Source of the DNA: Thermaurantimonas sp.
GTDB lineage: Bacteria; Bacteroidota; Bacteroidia; Flavobacteriales; Schleiferiaceae
Direction: 5' to 3'
Assembly (NCBI RefSeq): GCF_046299575.1
Contig: NZ_JBKBHX010000006.1
Span: 105,565-169,564 of the forward strand
Length of the DNA stretch: 64,000 bases
In this document: positions 30,408 through 39,469 of the stretch, in pieces
Position numbering within the stretch: position 1 is the stretch's first letter
Layout of the letters: each line of letters starts with the position of its first letter
Translations under genes and position numbers: made by a program
Notes under the pieces: generated by a model
What the model was told of the DNA's origin: nothing
Database searches by the model: none
The model's input: the letters and a program-made list of their open reading frames with translations, nothing else

Positions 30408-30805
30408 TCGACCATTTAACGCTCTTTATTCAGGTGGTCTGTATAAATCAATCAGAAATTTTACGGAATTAAAAAAAAGTCACCTTGATAACACAGGCTA
30501 CAGATTTTCGCTCTTTTTTATCTATCCTTCAGAAGGATTTTAGCAGAATACATCTATTGTTTGGTGAAACTTTCCCGTGGTAAGGCAAGAGGGTTAAAAA
30601 AACATGGTGTTATAATCCTTTTTCCGCTTGTGATATGAATTTTTTTTGTAGAGTCCCAGAGTATTTGTTTATTAGGTTATTGTGTTAGTTAATTAAAATT
30701 TTGGGATAAGGAAGATTTATTTACAAATTTTCCTGCAAGATTTTTTAAAGCTTTTTCTTTAATTGGATTTGTTATTTTAAAATATTCTTGCAACATAAGG
30801 CTGGC

Positions 30806-33800
30806 TTATATTCTTACCGTTAATTGGTCTGCAAACAACTCTGCTTGTTTTAATACGGTATCAATTGCCTTTTGTTGTTTATCAGGTGGATAGCCATATT
30901 TATTCAGTGTGCGCTTTACGATTACCATGAGCCTTGCTCTGGCACTTTCTCTTATGGTCCAGTCTATGGTTGCATTGGCTCTTACTTTGTTGGCTATTTC
31001 TTTTGCTATTTCTTTTGAGGTCTCGTTACCTAATACCTGAACGGCACTGTCGTTTACTTCCAAAGCATTGTAAAATGCCACTTCATCGGGTGTGAGTCCG
31101 AGCTTTTCGCCTTCTTTATCGGCTTCTTTTATTTCTTTGGCTATATTGATGAGTTCCTGAATAATTTCAGCGGTTGTAAGTAAATTATTCTGATAGCGTT
31201 TGATCGCGCTTTCAAGCATTTCCAGCAATTTCTTGCTCTTTACCAGATTTGTTTTGGCTCTTACTTTCAGCTCGTTGTTCAGAATTTTTTTCAGCAACTC
31301 GATTGCTAAATTTTTGTGCTGCATTCCCTGAACTTCCAACAGAAATTCATCGGAAAGTATTTCCAATCCTGAAATATCGGGCTTCTGAATTCCCGCAGCA
31401 TCAAAAATGTCAATCACTTTATCGCTGCTCAATGCTTCATCCACAATTTGTTTGATGGCGGTTTCTATTTCCACATCTGATTTACCACCACCAACAGGAG
31501 CATCAAACTTTACCAATCTTGATTTAACGGCTTGAAAAAACGCCACTTCGGTCAGATGAGGCTGTACTTCTTCTTTGGTAATGCAAAGCGAAAGTGCCTG
31601 ACTTAATAAACTTACCTCACGAATAAACCTCTCTTTACCGTTCTGTAACCCTAAAATGTGTTCTTCTGCTTGCAGAATGATGGAGAGTTTTTCCCGTTCA
31701 TCTGCAACAAAAAATCGGCGGTAATTGAATTTGAAACTGCCTTCGTAATAGGCCTGTGGTTCTTCAACCAAAATATCATTCCGGGTATTGCTCTCTTCAT
31801 AGAACATTTGCTGCACCACTTCCAGTTTCTCTTTGAAAATATCAAATGCTTTTTCGATGTTTTCTGCCGGGTCGCCTTTTCCACCTGCTTCACCGTAAAA
31901 TGAAAGCGCTTTCTTTAAATCGGTTCCAATGCCCAAATAATCCACAATCAAACCGCCCGGTTTGTCTTTGAAAACACGGTTTACCCGTGCAATGGCTTGC
32001 ATCAGGTTGTGTCCTCGCATGGGCTTATCAACGTACATCGTATTCAGGCAAGGAGCATCAAAACCCGTAAGCCACATATCCCGAACAATTACCAACTTCA
32101 GCTCATCAGCCGGATTTTTCATGCGTTCGGCCAACATACGGCGTTGTTCTTTAGTGGTGTGGTGTTGGGCAATTTCGGGGCCGTCTGCACTATTGGTGGT
32201 CATGACTACTTTAATAACCCCTTTAGTCAAATCGTCATGGTGCCATTCCGGACGAAGTGCAATAATTTCTTTGTAGAGTTCGGCAGCAATTCTGCGGCTC
32301 ATGGCTACAATCATTGCCTTGCCTTCAAAAACAGCCTGGCGTTGCTCAAAATGCGAAACAATGTCCCGGGCTAAATTTTTCAAACGTTCCGGATGTCCCA
32401 CAATGGCTTCCAGCTTTGTCCATTTGGCTTTGGCTTTTTGACCACCCCACCCTTCGGGTACCCCTCCATCGGAGGGGAATTCTTGGTCTTGTTCTAATTC
32501 CCGGTCGAATTCTTCAATTAAGCGTCTGCCTTCTTCGTCCAGATTTACCTTTGCCAGGCGACTTTCATAATAAATGGGTACCGTTGCCCCATCATCTATG
32601 GCATCTTTTATATCGTAGCGGTCGATGTAATTGCCGAAAACCTGAGGGGTGTTTCTGTCTGTACCTTCAATAGGCGTACCTGTAAAACCAATGTAGGTGG
32701 CATTGGGTAAAGCATCGCGCATGTATTTGGCAAAGCCGTAAGCAATGCGTTTGCCGATGACTTCTTTGGTTACTGCGTCTTTTTCGTCAATCAATTTTGC
32801 TTCAAAGCCATATTGCGTTCGGTGGGCTTCGTCGGCAATTACTACAATATTTCTGCGGTCGGAAAGTTGGGGGAACTTATCGCCCGATTGAGGTAAAAAC
32901 TTCTGAATAGTGGTAAAAACAATGCCCCCACTTGCCACCTTCAATAGTTCTTTGAGATGCTCTCTGCTTTCGGCCTGCACAGGTTCTTGCCGCAGCAACT
33001 GAACCGATGCCGCAAACGTATCAAACAACTGGTCGTCTAAATCGTTGCGGTCGGTAATGACTACTATGGTTGGATTTTTCATTTCGGGCGAAGTGATGAG
33101 CTTGCCCGCATAAAAAACCATACTCAAACTTTTGCCCGAACCTTGGGTGTGCCAAACCACACCGCCCCGCTTATCTCCGTTTTCGGCTGATGCCTGTATG
33201 GTTGATTGAACGGCTTTATTGACGGCATAGTACTGATGATAGGCCGCTAATTTCTTAACGGTATGCACCTGGATCAATCCTGTTTTGGGGTCTTCTTTTT
33301 TCGTTTTTTCAAATACAATAAAGTTGCGAACCAAATCCAGCAGTGTGGCGGGTTGCAGCATACCTCTGAGCAGCGTTTCTAATTGTGGCTTAAACCGGGA
33401 GGCCTCTCTAATTCCGTCAACGGTTTTCCATGCCATAAAACGCGAAAAATCGGCACTTACGGTGCCTGCTCTGCATTCCAGGCCATCGGAAATAATACAG
33501 ATAGCATTGTATGTGAATAAGCTGGGAATAGTGGCTTTGTAGGTTTGTATTTGCTGATACGCACTTTTGATGTCGGCCGTTTCGCTGGCGGCATTTTTCA
33601 GTTCTATGACTACCAAAGGCAAACCATTGACAAACAGCAACACATCGGGGCGTTTGTGCTGGTTGTTTTCAATAATGGTGTATTGATTTACTACTAAAAA
33701 TTGATTATTGGCCGGATGCTCAAAGTCAATCAATGCCACTTCGTGGCTGCGTTCATAGCCGTTTTCCTGATAGGGTACTTTTACCTTTTCAACCAGCAAG

Positions 33801-34105
33801 CGGTGAAATTCTTCGTTGTTGTGCAGCAAGTCAGGCGAAGCAATCCTTAACACTTTTTGAACAGCTGCTTCCTGTGCATCTAAGGGAATGTGCGGATTGA
33901 TTTTAGCAATGGCAGTTCTCAGCCGATTGAGCAAAAGAATTTGATTGAAACTTTCTCTTTCGTTACCACCCCGTACTTCGGACACCCCTCCGGAGGAGGG
34001 GAATTCGGGGGGAGAACAGGCAGAGCCCGGCAAGTATTCCCAGCCCTGCGATTGCAGAATTTCAATTGCTGACTGTTCGATGATATTTTCGGATAGAATA
34101 TTCAT
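30806..34105 (-). CDS. hsdR: Type I restriction enzyme R subunit
   Basis: 1099 aa. WHTQGSGKSLSMVF (helicase motif I), VVIADEAHRTQYG (DEAH), GFTGTPI, and the C-terminal HsdR domain. Its start ATG (34105..34103) overlaps the stop of the upstream gene (ATGA). Confidence 0.95.
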   Translation of the reverse strand: MNILSENIIEQSAIEILQSQGWEYLPGSACSPPEFPSSGGVSEVRGGNERESFNQILLLNRLRTAIAKINPHIPLDAQEAAVQKVLRIASPDLLHNNEEFHRLLVEKVKVPYQENGYERSHEVALIDFEHPANNQFLVVNQYTIIENNQHKRPDVLLFVNGLPLVVIELKNAASETADIKSAYQQIQTYKATIPSLFTYNAICIISDGLECRAGTVSADFSRFMAWKTVDGIREASRFKPQLETLLRGMLQPATLLDLVRNFIVFEKTKKEDPKTGLIQVHTVKKLAAYHQYYAVNKAVQSTIQASAENGDKRGGVVWHTQGSGKSLSMVFYAGKLITSPEMKNPTIVVITDRNDLDDQLFDTFAASVQLLRQEPVQAESREHLKELLKVASGGIVFTTIQKFLPQSGDKFPQLSDRRNIVVIADEAHRTQYGFEAKLIDEKDAVTKEVIGKRIAYGFAKYMRDALPNATYIGFTGTPIEGTDRNTPQVFGNYIDRYDIKDAIDDGATVPIYYESRLAKVNLDEEGRRLIEEFDRELEQDQEFPSDGGVPEGWGGQKAKAKWTKLEAIVGHPERLKNLARDIVSHFEQRQAVFEGKAMIVAMSRRIAAELYKEIIALRPEWHHDDLTKGVIKVVMTTNSADGPEIAQHHTTKEQRRMLAERMKNPADELKLVIVRDMWLTGFDAPCLNTMYVDKPMRGHNLMQAIARVNRVFKDKPGGLIVDYLGIGTDLKKALSFYGEAGGKGDPAENIEKAFDIFKEKLEVVQQMFYEESNTRNDILVEEPQAYYEGSFKFNYRRFFVADEREKLSIILQAEEHILGLQNGKERFIREVSLLSQALSLCITKEEVQPHLTEVAFFQAVKSRLVKFDAPVGGGKSDVEIETAIKQIVDEALSSDKVIDIFDAAGIQKPDISGLEILSDEFLLEVQGMQHKNLAIELLKKILNNELKVRAKTNLVKSKKLLEMLESAIKRYQNNLLTTAEIIQELINIAKEIKEADKEGEKLGLTPDEVAFYNALEVNDSAVQVLGNETSKEIAKEIANKVRANATIDWTIRESARARLMVIVKRTLNKYGYPPDKQQKAIDTVLKQAELFADQLTVRI
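32442..32482. repeat. 41-nt palindrome-containing element inserted in frame in hsdR (encodes EFPSDGGVPEGWGG)
   Basis: CCACCCC ACCC TTCGG GTA CCCCTCC ATC GGAGGGG AATTC. It contains a 7-bp-arm palindrome and is a near copy of 33966..34006. Confidence 0.8.
33966..34006. repeat. 41-nt palindrome-containing element inserted in frame in hsdR (encodes EFPSSGGVSEVRGG)
   Basis: CCACCCC GTAC TTCGG ACA CCCCTCC GGA GGAGGGG AATTC. Same orientation and same reading frame as the 32442..32482 copy. Confidence 0.8.
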
Positions 34106-36852
34106 TTATTCAGATGATATTTATTTTTTCTTCTTTGAAAAGCAATTTTCCCACCCTCAAGGATATTACAAACCGCAGTATTTATTACAGGATTTTCTAA
34201 TGAACCGCTGTCATAAGATAGTTTTTCTTCGTTGTTTGTTGCAACAATGACCTGTTCAGCGTCTGCATTTACTACAAGGTTTGCATTATGAGTTACAATT
34301 ATAACTTGCCTGTATTTCTTTATTTCTTTGAAAATATCAGTAAGGTCATTAAAGATAAAATCGTTATCAAGATCATCTTCGGGTTGGTCGAAAATAATAG
34401 GTTGAGAAAAAATATTTGTAGCTAATTTTAAGCACAAATAAATAGTTCCTCTCTGACCTACTGAGATTTTATTCAAAGGTTTTCCTTTATAAGTGATTTT
34501 GGGCTGAACATATAAATATTTAGAACGGGATTGAAGATCATAAAATATTTTTTCAAACTCATATCTGTTAGAACGTAAATAATTTTCAATTTTTTGAAAA
34601 GATGTATCAATGTTTCTCAGAAAATCAAGGTAATTCTCTAAATCGATAATTCCAACTAATCCTTTCAGTTCTTCATAACTGTTTTTTCCTTTGAAAATTC
34701 TGCCGTCTAACTGTTCTTTTACGAGGTCGTAAAATGCATTTATATCAAAAACTATTTCTCCCTCAATCTTGATTTCTCTGTTGTTAATAATTTTTTTCAT
34801 TAATTCCTTTTGCTGCTCATTCCAACCCTCTTTTCCTTGTAGAAGCCTACTCCAGCTTTGATCAATTGTAGATTTATGACGTAATAATTCCGAATAAATT
34901 AAATCAGCTATTTTCTTTTTATTGTTAAGAGCTGATTTTCGTTGGTTTTCTTTCTCTTCTATTTCTTTCTTTCGTCTTTCGTAAGATGAAATGGTGTGTC
35001 TGAACCGTTCTACATTTGAAAGCAGGGAGGCTATATCCCCTTTATAGTCCTTAAAATCGTTTTTAATTTTTGCATTTTCTTCTTGAGCTTCTTTTATTGT
35101 ATCGTCAATATTTTTAATAGCAGCATCAATACCATCAATTTGTGGTTTAAAATCTAATAAGGGAATACCCTTGTTTAGTTTAGTAATTTGTTCGTTTGTT
35201 TTTTGTAGAAATTCAGTTAGAGATGTTTTGAGTTGCTCTAAACTGAGTTTTTCGCTTTCACAGTCTTGCAGTTTTTCAATGTTTGCTGTATACTTTTGTA
35301 GTTTTTCTTTATTTTCCTCTGTTGTAATCCTATCTAATAAATTACGATTTTTATCTATTTCCTGCTGAATATAAGATTTCTGGTTTATAGGATTATTATT
35401 TTCATCCCGCTTGTTAAACCATTCCAGAATAGTATTAAATTCGGATCTATAATTCTGGATAGTTTCATCAATTTTCTGGTCAAATGAAAGCGTTTCAAGT
35501 TCCAAAATCTTCTTAATTTCCTCTCCCAATCCTTTTGCATCTTTTACCTTCTCTTTCACTTCACTTTGGGATATAAAAAGAAAGGGTAAATCGTACTGAG
35601 TATCCAATGGAAAAGTCTCATCCGTGCTATTAAGTGATTTTTTCCATTTTACTTTAAAATCTGATGATAGATTAAATTCAGATTTTTCAAAAGGAACATT
35701 GTATTGTTTAAACCCGTTTGCAAAATAGTTTATCAAAACACTTTTACCGGCTCCTCGTCCTCCAATAATTGTTACTAAGTTCTGATTTAATGGGATTCTG
35801 TTTTTCTCAAATTGTAATTGCTCATTCTCGAATACATTTACAGGATTTTCAATTTCAATTTCTGTAAAGGCAGATTTTTCAAAGTCATATGCTGGGTTAG
35901 TATTCTGTATTTTTACCCTTTCTTCCGGCTCATAAATGATTTGCTTTAGCCCTTCGAAAGTAAGATCTGATTTTATCCAAACTTTTCTATCTTGATTCTT
36001 TGTAAATAACTCATCAAATGTATGCGCATCACTTCCTCCAATACATGCTTTTAAACTTTTAAATTCATTAATGAAGTCTTCCGAAGAAGGATGTTTTTTG
36101 CCTAAAGCCCATTGTATAGTATTGGGGTTTGTAGCAATTAAAATGTCAGATTTCTGAATAAGTAATTTTCTTGCCTGATGATCCTGACCATTCCACGAAA
36201 CATTGCTTAAATCTTCATCAGAGGGCAAGGCAATTAGATATTTGCCTTCAAAGATGTTGCGTTTATTTGCAAGAATTTCACATATCTGTTTGTCATCAAC
36301 AACTGCATTCATCATTCCAATATACAAAGGTGATTTACCTTTGAATTGTGTGTGTTGCTCAATTAATTTTTCACCTAATTTTTCTAGATTATTTTTTTTC
36401 AATTTTCGCTTTTCATCTTCACTCTGTGGGGCGGCCTCATAAATAAAATCAATTTCATGCAGGAAATTTTCCTCAATATCAGTAAAAGAAATATCGTCAG
36501 ATAGTAAGACATGAAAGTTTATTCTATTGGAACCCACCAGTTTGTTAAGTCGAAATTCTATGTTCGGCAAGACGTAAATTGATTTGATCTTCTCAATTTC
36601 TTCTGAGTTAAAAAGCTCTTTTAATTTATCTTCTTTTTCAAAATACTCAGTCTTTATCTTCTTATAACCGTCAATTGTGAAATAGTCGGTTATTCCGATA
36701 GCTGAAACATTGTTTGCAATGGCTCTTTTAAATAATTCTTTTACATAAGTATCCCAATCGTTTCCAAAGCCATTATATAAATGAGAATATGGGGTGTGAA
36801 TATGCAAATCCCATAATCTCCATTCTGAACCTCTTTTAAAATTTTCTTTCAT
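34102..36852 (-). CDS. PHP-domain phosphoesterase fused to a coiled-coil ABC/SMC-like ATPase (Ppl-like architecture), embedded between hsdS and hsdR
   Basis: 916 aa. The N-terminal PHP motifs are WDLHIHTPYS, PNIEF, NFHVLL and IGGSDAH. Then come Walker A (IIGGRGAGKSVLINY), about 400 aa of K/E-rich heptad-like sequence, a signature-like ISVGQRGTIYLCL, Walker B/D-loop (QPIIFDQPEDDLD) and an H-loop (VIIVTHNANL). Confidence 0.8.
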   Translation of the reverse strand: MKENFKRGSEWRLWDLHIHTPYSHLYNGFGNDWDTYVKELFKRAIANNVSAIGITDYFTIDGYKKIKTEYFEKEDKLKELFNSEEIEKIKSIYVLPNIEFRLNKLVGSNRINFHVLLSDDISFTDIEENFLHEIDFIYEAAPQSEDEKRKLKKNNLEKLGEKLIEQHTQFKGKSPLYIGMMNAVVDDKQICEILANKRNIFEGKYLIALPSDEDLSNVSWNGQDHQARKLLIQKSDILIATNPNTIQWALGKKHPSSEDFINEFKSLKACIGGSDAHTFDELFTKNQDRKVWIKSDLTFEGLKQIIYEPEERVKIQNTNPAYDFEKSAFTEIEIENPVNVFENEQLQFEKNRIPLNQNLVTIIGGRGAGKSVLINYFANGFKQYNVPFEKSEFNLSSDFKVKWKKSLNSTDETFPLDTQYDLPFLFISQSEVKEKVKDAKGLGEEIKKILELETLSFDQKIDETIQNYRSEFNTILEWFNKRDENNNPINQKSYIQQEIDKNRNLLDRITTEENKEKLQKYTANIEKLQDCESEKLSLEQLKTSLTEFLQKTNEQITKLNKGIPLLDFKPQIDGIDAAIKNIDDTIKEAQEENAKIKNDFKDYKGDIASLLSNVERFRHTISSYERRKKEIEEKENQRKSALNNKKKIADLIYSELLRHKSTIDQSWSRLLQGKEGWNEQQKELMKKIINNREIKIEGEIVFDINAFYDLVKEQLDGRIFKGKNSYEELKGLVGIIDLENYLDFLRNIDTSFQKIENYLRSNRYEFEKIFYDLQSRSKYLYVQPKITYKGKPLNKISVGQRGTIYLCLKLATNIFSQPIIFDQPEDDLDNDFIFNDLTDIFKEIKKYRQVIIVTHNANLVVNADAEQVIVATNNEEKLSYDSGSLENPVINTAVCNILEGGKIAFQRRKNKYHLNK

Positions 36853-36867
36853 ATTGCCTTTCTGATT

Positions 36868-37968
36868 TTAACTCTTCACTCTTATTTCCCCGCTCATCAG
36901 CTTCGGCAGCAGCGTATCCCGCAACTGCGTAAGCGTGCGAATTTGCTGGGTGTTGGATTTGATTTTTTGGAAAAGGGGTTCAATTTCTTTATCAAAGTGC
37001 TTTATCTTTTCCTTTGGGGGAATAAGAAAATCCAGTGTTCTGAATGCTGCCTTTGAAATCTCTTGAAATACAGAACCGTTTCCTGCATTTTCTATCATTT
37101 CCATATTAGCCTTACACCACAAAAACATAAAATAGTTTGAAACGATTTTGTCGCATATAATTGCGATATACCCTTGATTGATGGCAACAGGAATTTCAGT
37201 TATAGCTAAATATCCAATAGGTGCTCTTGATGAAAGCAATAAAGTGCCAACAGGCAGAAGTCCAGAACTTATTTGCTTTAAACCTTCTTCTGTGATTTTG
37301 CGTGATGTGTCAAAAAGAAATATGGAAGTTGTGTTTGATAAATCTCTTGGAGAAGTCCAATGAATATTACCATCCCAATATTTCTGTTCTGTTGTGCTCG
37401 GTGTTGTTCCGCCTTTCATTGAAACAACATCATCAATAGTTCCAACCTCCCAACTCTCATCTGCTTCTTCTATGAACCACTGCCTGAAGAGGGTTTCAGC
37501 TAATTGCTCTAAGGTTTTGTTTTGGCGGTGCAGCAGGTCTATTTTGTCGTCTAAGCTGCTGAGTACTTCGGCTATGGCGGTTTGTATTTTTACATCATCC
37601 GTAATTGAAATATCTATTGAATTGAGTAAAGTTTGAGTTACAAGTGGGTGACTTGAACCCTCAGCATAACTGTTTAAATCTAAATTCCTCAAGAAATAAT
37701 ATAGAAACTTGGCATTGTACCCATTCTTTGGTTTTGCTGCTAATGCATTATCTGAAACCCAAATAGGTTTATCTTGATAATAAACAGAACCACAATAAGC
37801 ACCAACTCGCCCAATTATTATTGTTTCCCCATTGTAATTTGAACTATCACAATAACCTAAAATCCCGTTTCCACCAAACACGGGTATATCCCCTTTTGTT
37901 TTTGGTCTTTCCTTGCCATTTCCAAACTGAACAAATTCTGATAGTTTATATTCTTTCCACTCACTCAT
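36868..37968 (-). CDS. hsdS: Type I restriction-modification specificity subunit
   Basis: 366 aa. Two target-recognition halves are separated by the conserved spacer LDDKIDLLHRQNKTLEQLAETLFRQWF, and the C-terminus has the matching repeat IRTLTQLRDTLLPKLMSGEIRV. Confidence 0.9.
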   Translation of the reverse strand: MSEWKEYKLSEFVQFGNGKERPKTKGDIPVFGGNGILGYCDSSNYNGETIIIGRVGAYCGSVYYQDKPIWVSDNALAAKPKNGYNAKFLYYFLRNLDLNSYAEGSSHPLVTQTLLNSIDISITDDVKIQTAIAEVLSSLDDKIDLLHRQNKTLEQLAETLFRQWFIEEADESWEVGTIDDVVSMKGGTTPSTTEQKYWDGNIHWTSPRDLSNTTSIFLFDTSRKITEEGLKQISSGLLPVGTLLLSSRAPIGYLAITEIPVAINQGYIAIICDKIVSNYFMFLWCKANMEMIENAGNGSVFQEISKAAFRTLDFLIPPKEKIKHFDKEIEPLFQKIKSNTQQIRTLTQLRDTLLPKLMSGEIRVKS

Positions 37969-37998
37969 ATTATTGGTTTATTTTTAAATTGAAATTCG

Positions 37999-38024
37999 TT
38001 TTTCACTTTTCATTTTTCACTTTT
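37999..38024. repeat. Two copies of TTTTTCACTTTT (12 nt) spaced 2 nt apart, between orf263 and hsdS
   Basis: 37999..38010 and 38013..38024 are identical. On the coding strand this reads AAAAGTGAAAAA twice, 31-56 nt upstream of the hsdS ATG. Confidence 0.6.
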
Positions 38025-38029
38025 CGTTT

Positions 38030-38821
38030 TTACGCTGCTTGTTTTAATTTAGCAATGTTTTCGGGGGCATGCCTTTCGGTCCAAAGAATAAAATCGGCAT
38101 TTTTGCTACGCAAAGCGTCTAAGTATTCTTGCTGTATTTCTTTTTCTTCGTTATTGATTATAGCCAGTCCTATTACTTGTTTGTTGGTAATTTTTTCTCT
38201 TACGCTTTTAATATCCTCCCAGGTAAAAAGAAAATTGGGTATATTCAGTTTATTTAGAGTATTGAATGCTTTCAAAACAATTTCTTTCTCGCGGTAGGCA
38301 ATTTGAAAATCGAAAGTAAATTCCAGTCCTGTGCTTCCTTTAGAAATAAATTGGGGGGTGTAAATAATTTCTTGTTCGTCAAGATAATTGCGTACATCTT
38401 CTTTAAAGATAGAAGCAACGGTGTGCTTGGCGAGCATATACATATCGTTAATTTCAGAAATGGCGGAAATGAGATTATGTTTTTTCTGAGCGAAGTTATT
38501 TTCAGTGGCTTCTACAATTAACTCATCATTTTGTAATTGTATGCCATAGGTGAGTAAAATCCGTTCGAGCAAATCTTTTCGTTTAGGCGAACGAGTAATA
38601 GCCGCCCCTGTTAGTTCAAGATTTTTGAGCGTAATTCCATCATCGGACATAAGAATTTTGCCATTGTCTTTTTTGGCGTAAATTTCTAATGTATCATTAA
38701 ACAAGCCAATGAAAGGCGTGCTGATGACTGCCCAATTCGTACCTGTATCGGTTACAATGGTTGTACGTTCTTTCAAAAAATCGTAATATTTATTGATAAG
38801 TTCGTTTATCCAATGGTTCAT
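38030..38821 (-). CDS. Uncharacterised protein (263 aa); possibly DUF1828/DUF1829-type (recollection only)
   Basis: The start ATG overlaps the upstream stop (ATGA, 38821..38818). No catalytic motif recognised. The length and the N-terminal pattern (INELINKYYDFLKERTTIV...ISTPF...DTLEIY...DDG.T...L) resemble DUF1828+DUF1829 proteins as I remember them. I have not verified this. Confidence 0.55.
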   Translation of the reverse strand: MNHWINELINKYYDFLKERTTIVTDTGTNWAVISTPFIGLFNDTLEIYAKKDNGKILMSDDGITLKNLELTGAAITRSPKRKDLLERILLTYGIQLQNDELIVEATENNFAQKKHNLISAISEINDMYMLAKHTVASIFKEDVRNYLDEQEIIYTPQFISKGSTGLEFTFDFQIAYREKEIVLKAFNTLNKLNIPNFLFTWEDIKSVREKITNKQVIGLAIINNEEKEIQQEYLDALRSKNADFILWTERHAPENIAKLKQAA

Positions 38822-39345
38822 AGAAGTGAAGGTTGCAGTATGTTAAAAACAGTTTGCAAATGAATTAATTTGTTGAATGAAAAAAATGCCTGCTCAATAT
38901 CGTTATTGTTTGAGATAGTTTTCACGGGAAAACTATCCTCGGTTAATGGCAAAGCCCAATCTAAGGTAGTTTTATATCCTTCCACATAATAATGAATGTG
39001 ATGTTCGTGATAATCGAAAAACTTACCTGCAAAAGGATGAAAAATTTCAGGAACTTTGGGTGTAATTGTTTCGGGGTTTTTGTGTTGTCCGTTATAGTCT
39101 ATCCTTATCAGTCCAATTTTAGTGTCATCATCAAGCAGATATAACGTAAGTTTGAAATGATTTTTCTTGCTTTGGGTTATATCATAGATAAATGTGAAAT
39201 CGGTATTATCAGGCGAAATAAGCGTATATCTTACCGTAAATGGAAATGGTTGTTGATGGATTTCAATTTTATCTTCCAATACACCATTCATTTCTACTTT
39301 TTTTGGTAATTCTAAAAGATATTGTGCTTGTTGTATCGAGAACAT
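38818..39345 (-). CDS. Uncharacterised protein (175 aa), His-rich C-terminal half
   Basis: The ORF is translationally coupled to orf263. It contains IRIDYNGQHKNPE ... FHPFAGKFFDYHEHHIHYYVEGY. I recognise no family. Confidence 0.5.
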   Translation of the reverse strand: MFSIQQAQYLLELPKKVEMNGVLEDKIEIHQQPFPFTVRYTLISPDNTDFTFIYDITQSKKNHFKLTLYLLDDDTKIGLIRIDYNGQHKNPETITPKVPEIFHPFAGKFFDYHEHHIHYYVEGYKTTLDWALPLTEDSFPVKTISNNNDIEQAFFSFNKLIHLQTVFNILQPSLL

Positions 39346-39469
39346 TTTGTTGCAGTATTTTTAGTTGATATGTAACAAATTTTATATCTCAAATGCCTTC
39401 GTAGTTATTGATGAGTTTTATGTCGTAATTCATGGTATTGAAATTTCGTTGGTTTTAATTGTCTAATGT

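Noticed and set aside
36868-37968. Phase-variable hsdS shufflon
   Set aside because: Only one hsdS copy is present. I found no inverted hsdS fragments and no recombinase gene in or near the operon.
37821-38297. 158-aa plus-strand ORF spanning the hsdS/orf263 junction
   Set aside because: It is F/L/S-rich low-complexity sequence antisense to two well-supported minus-strand genes. It is an artefact of AT-rich DNA.
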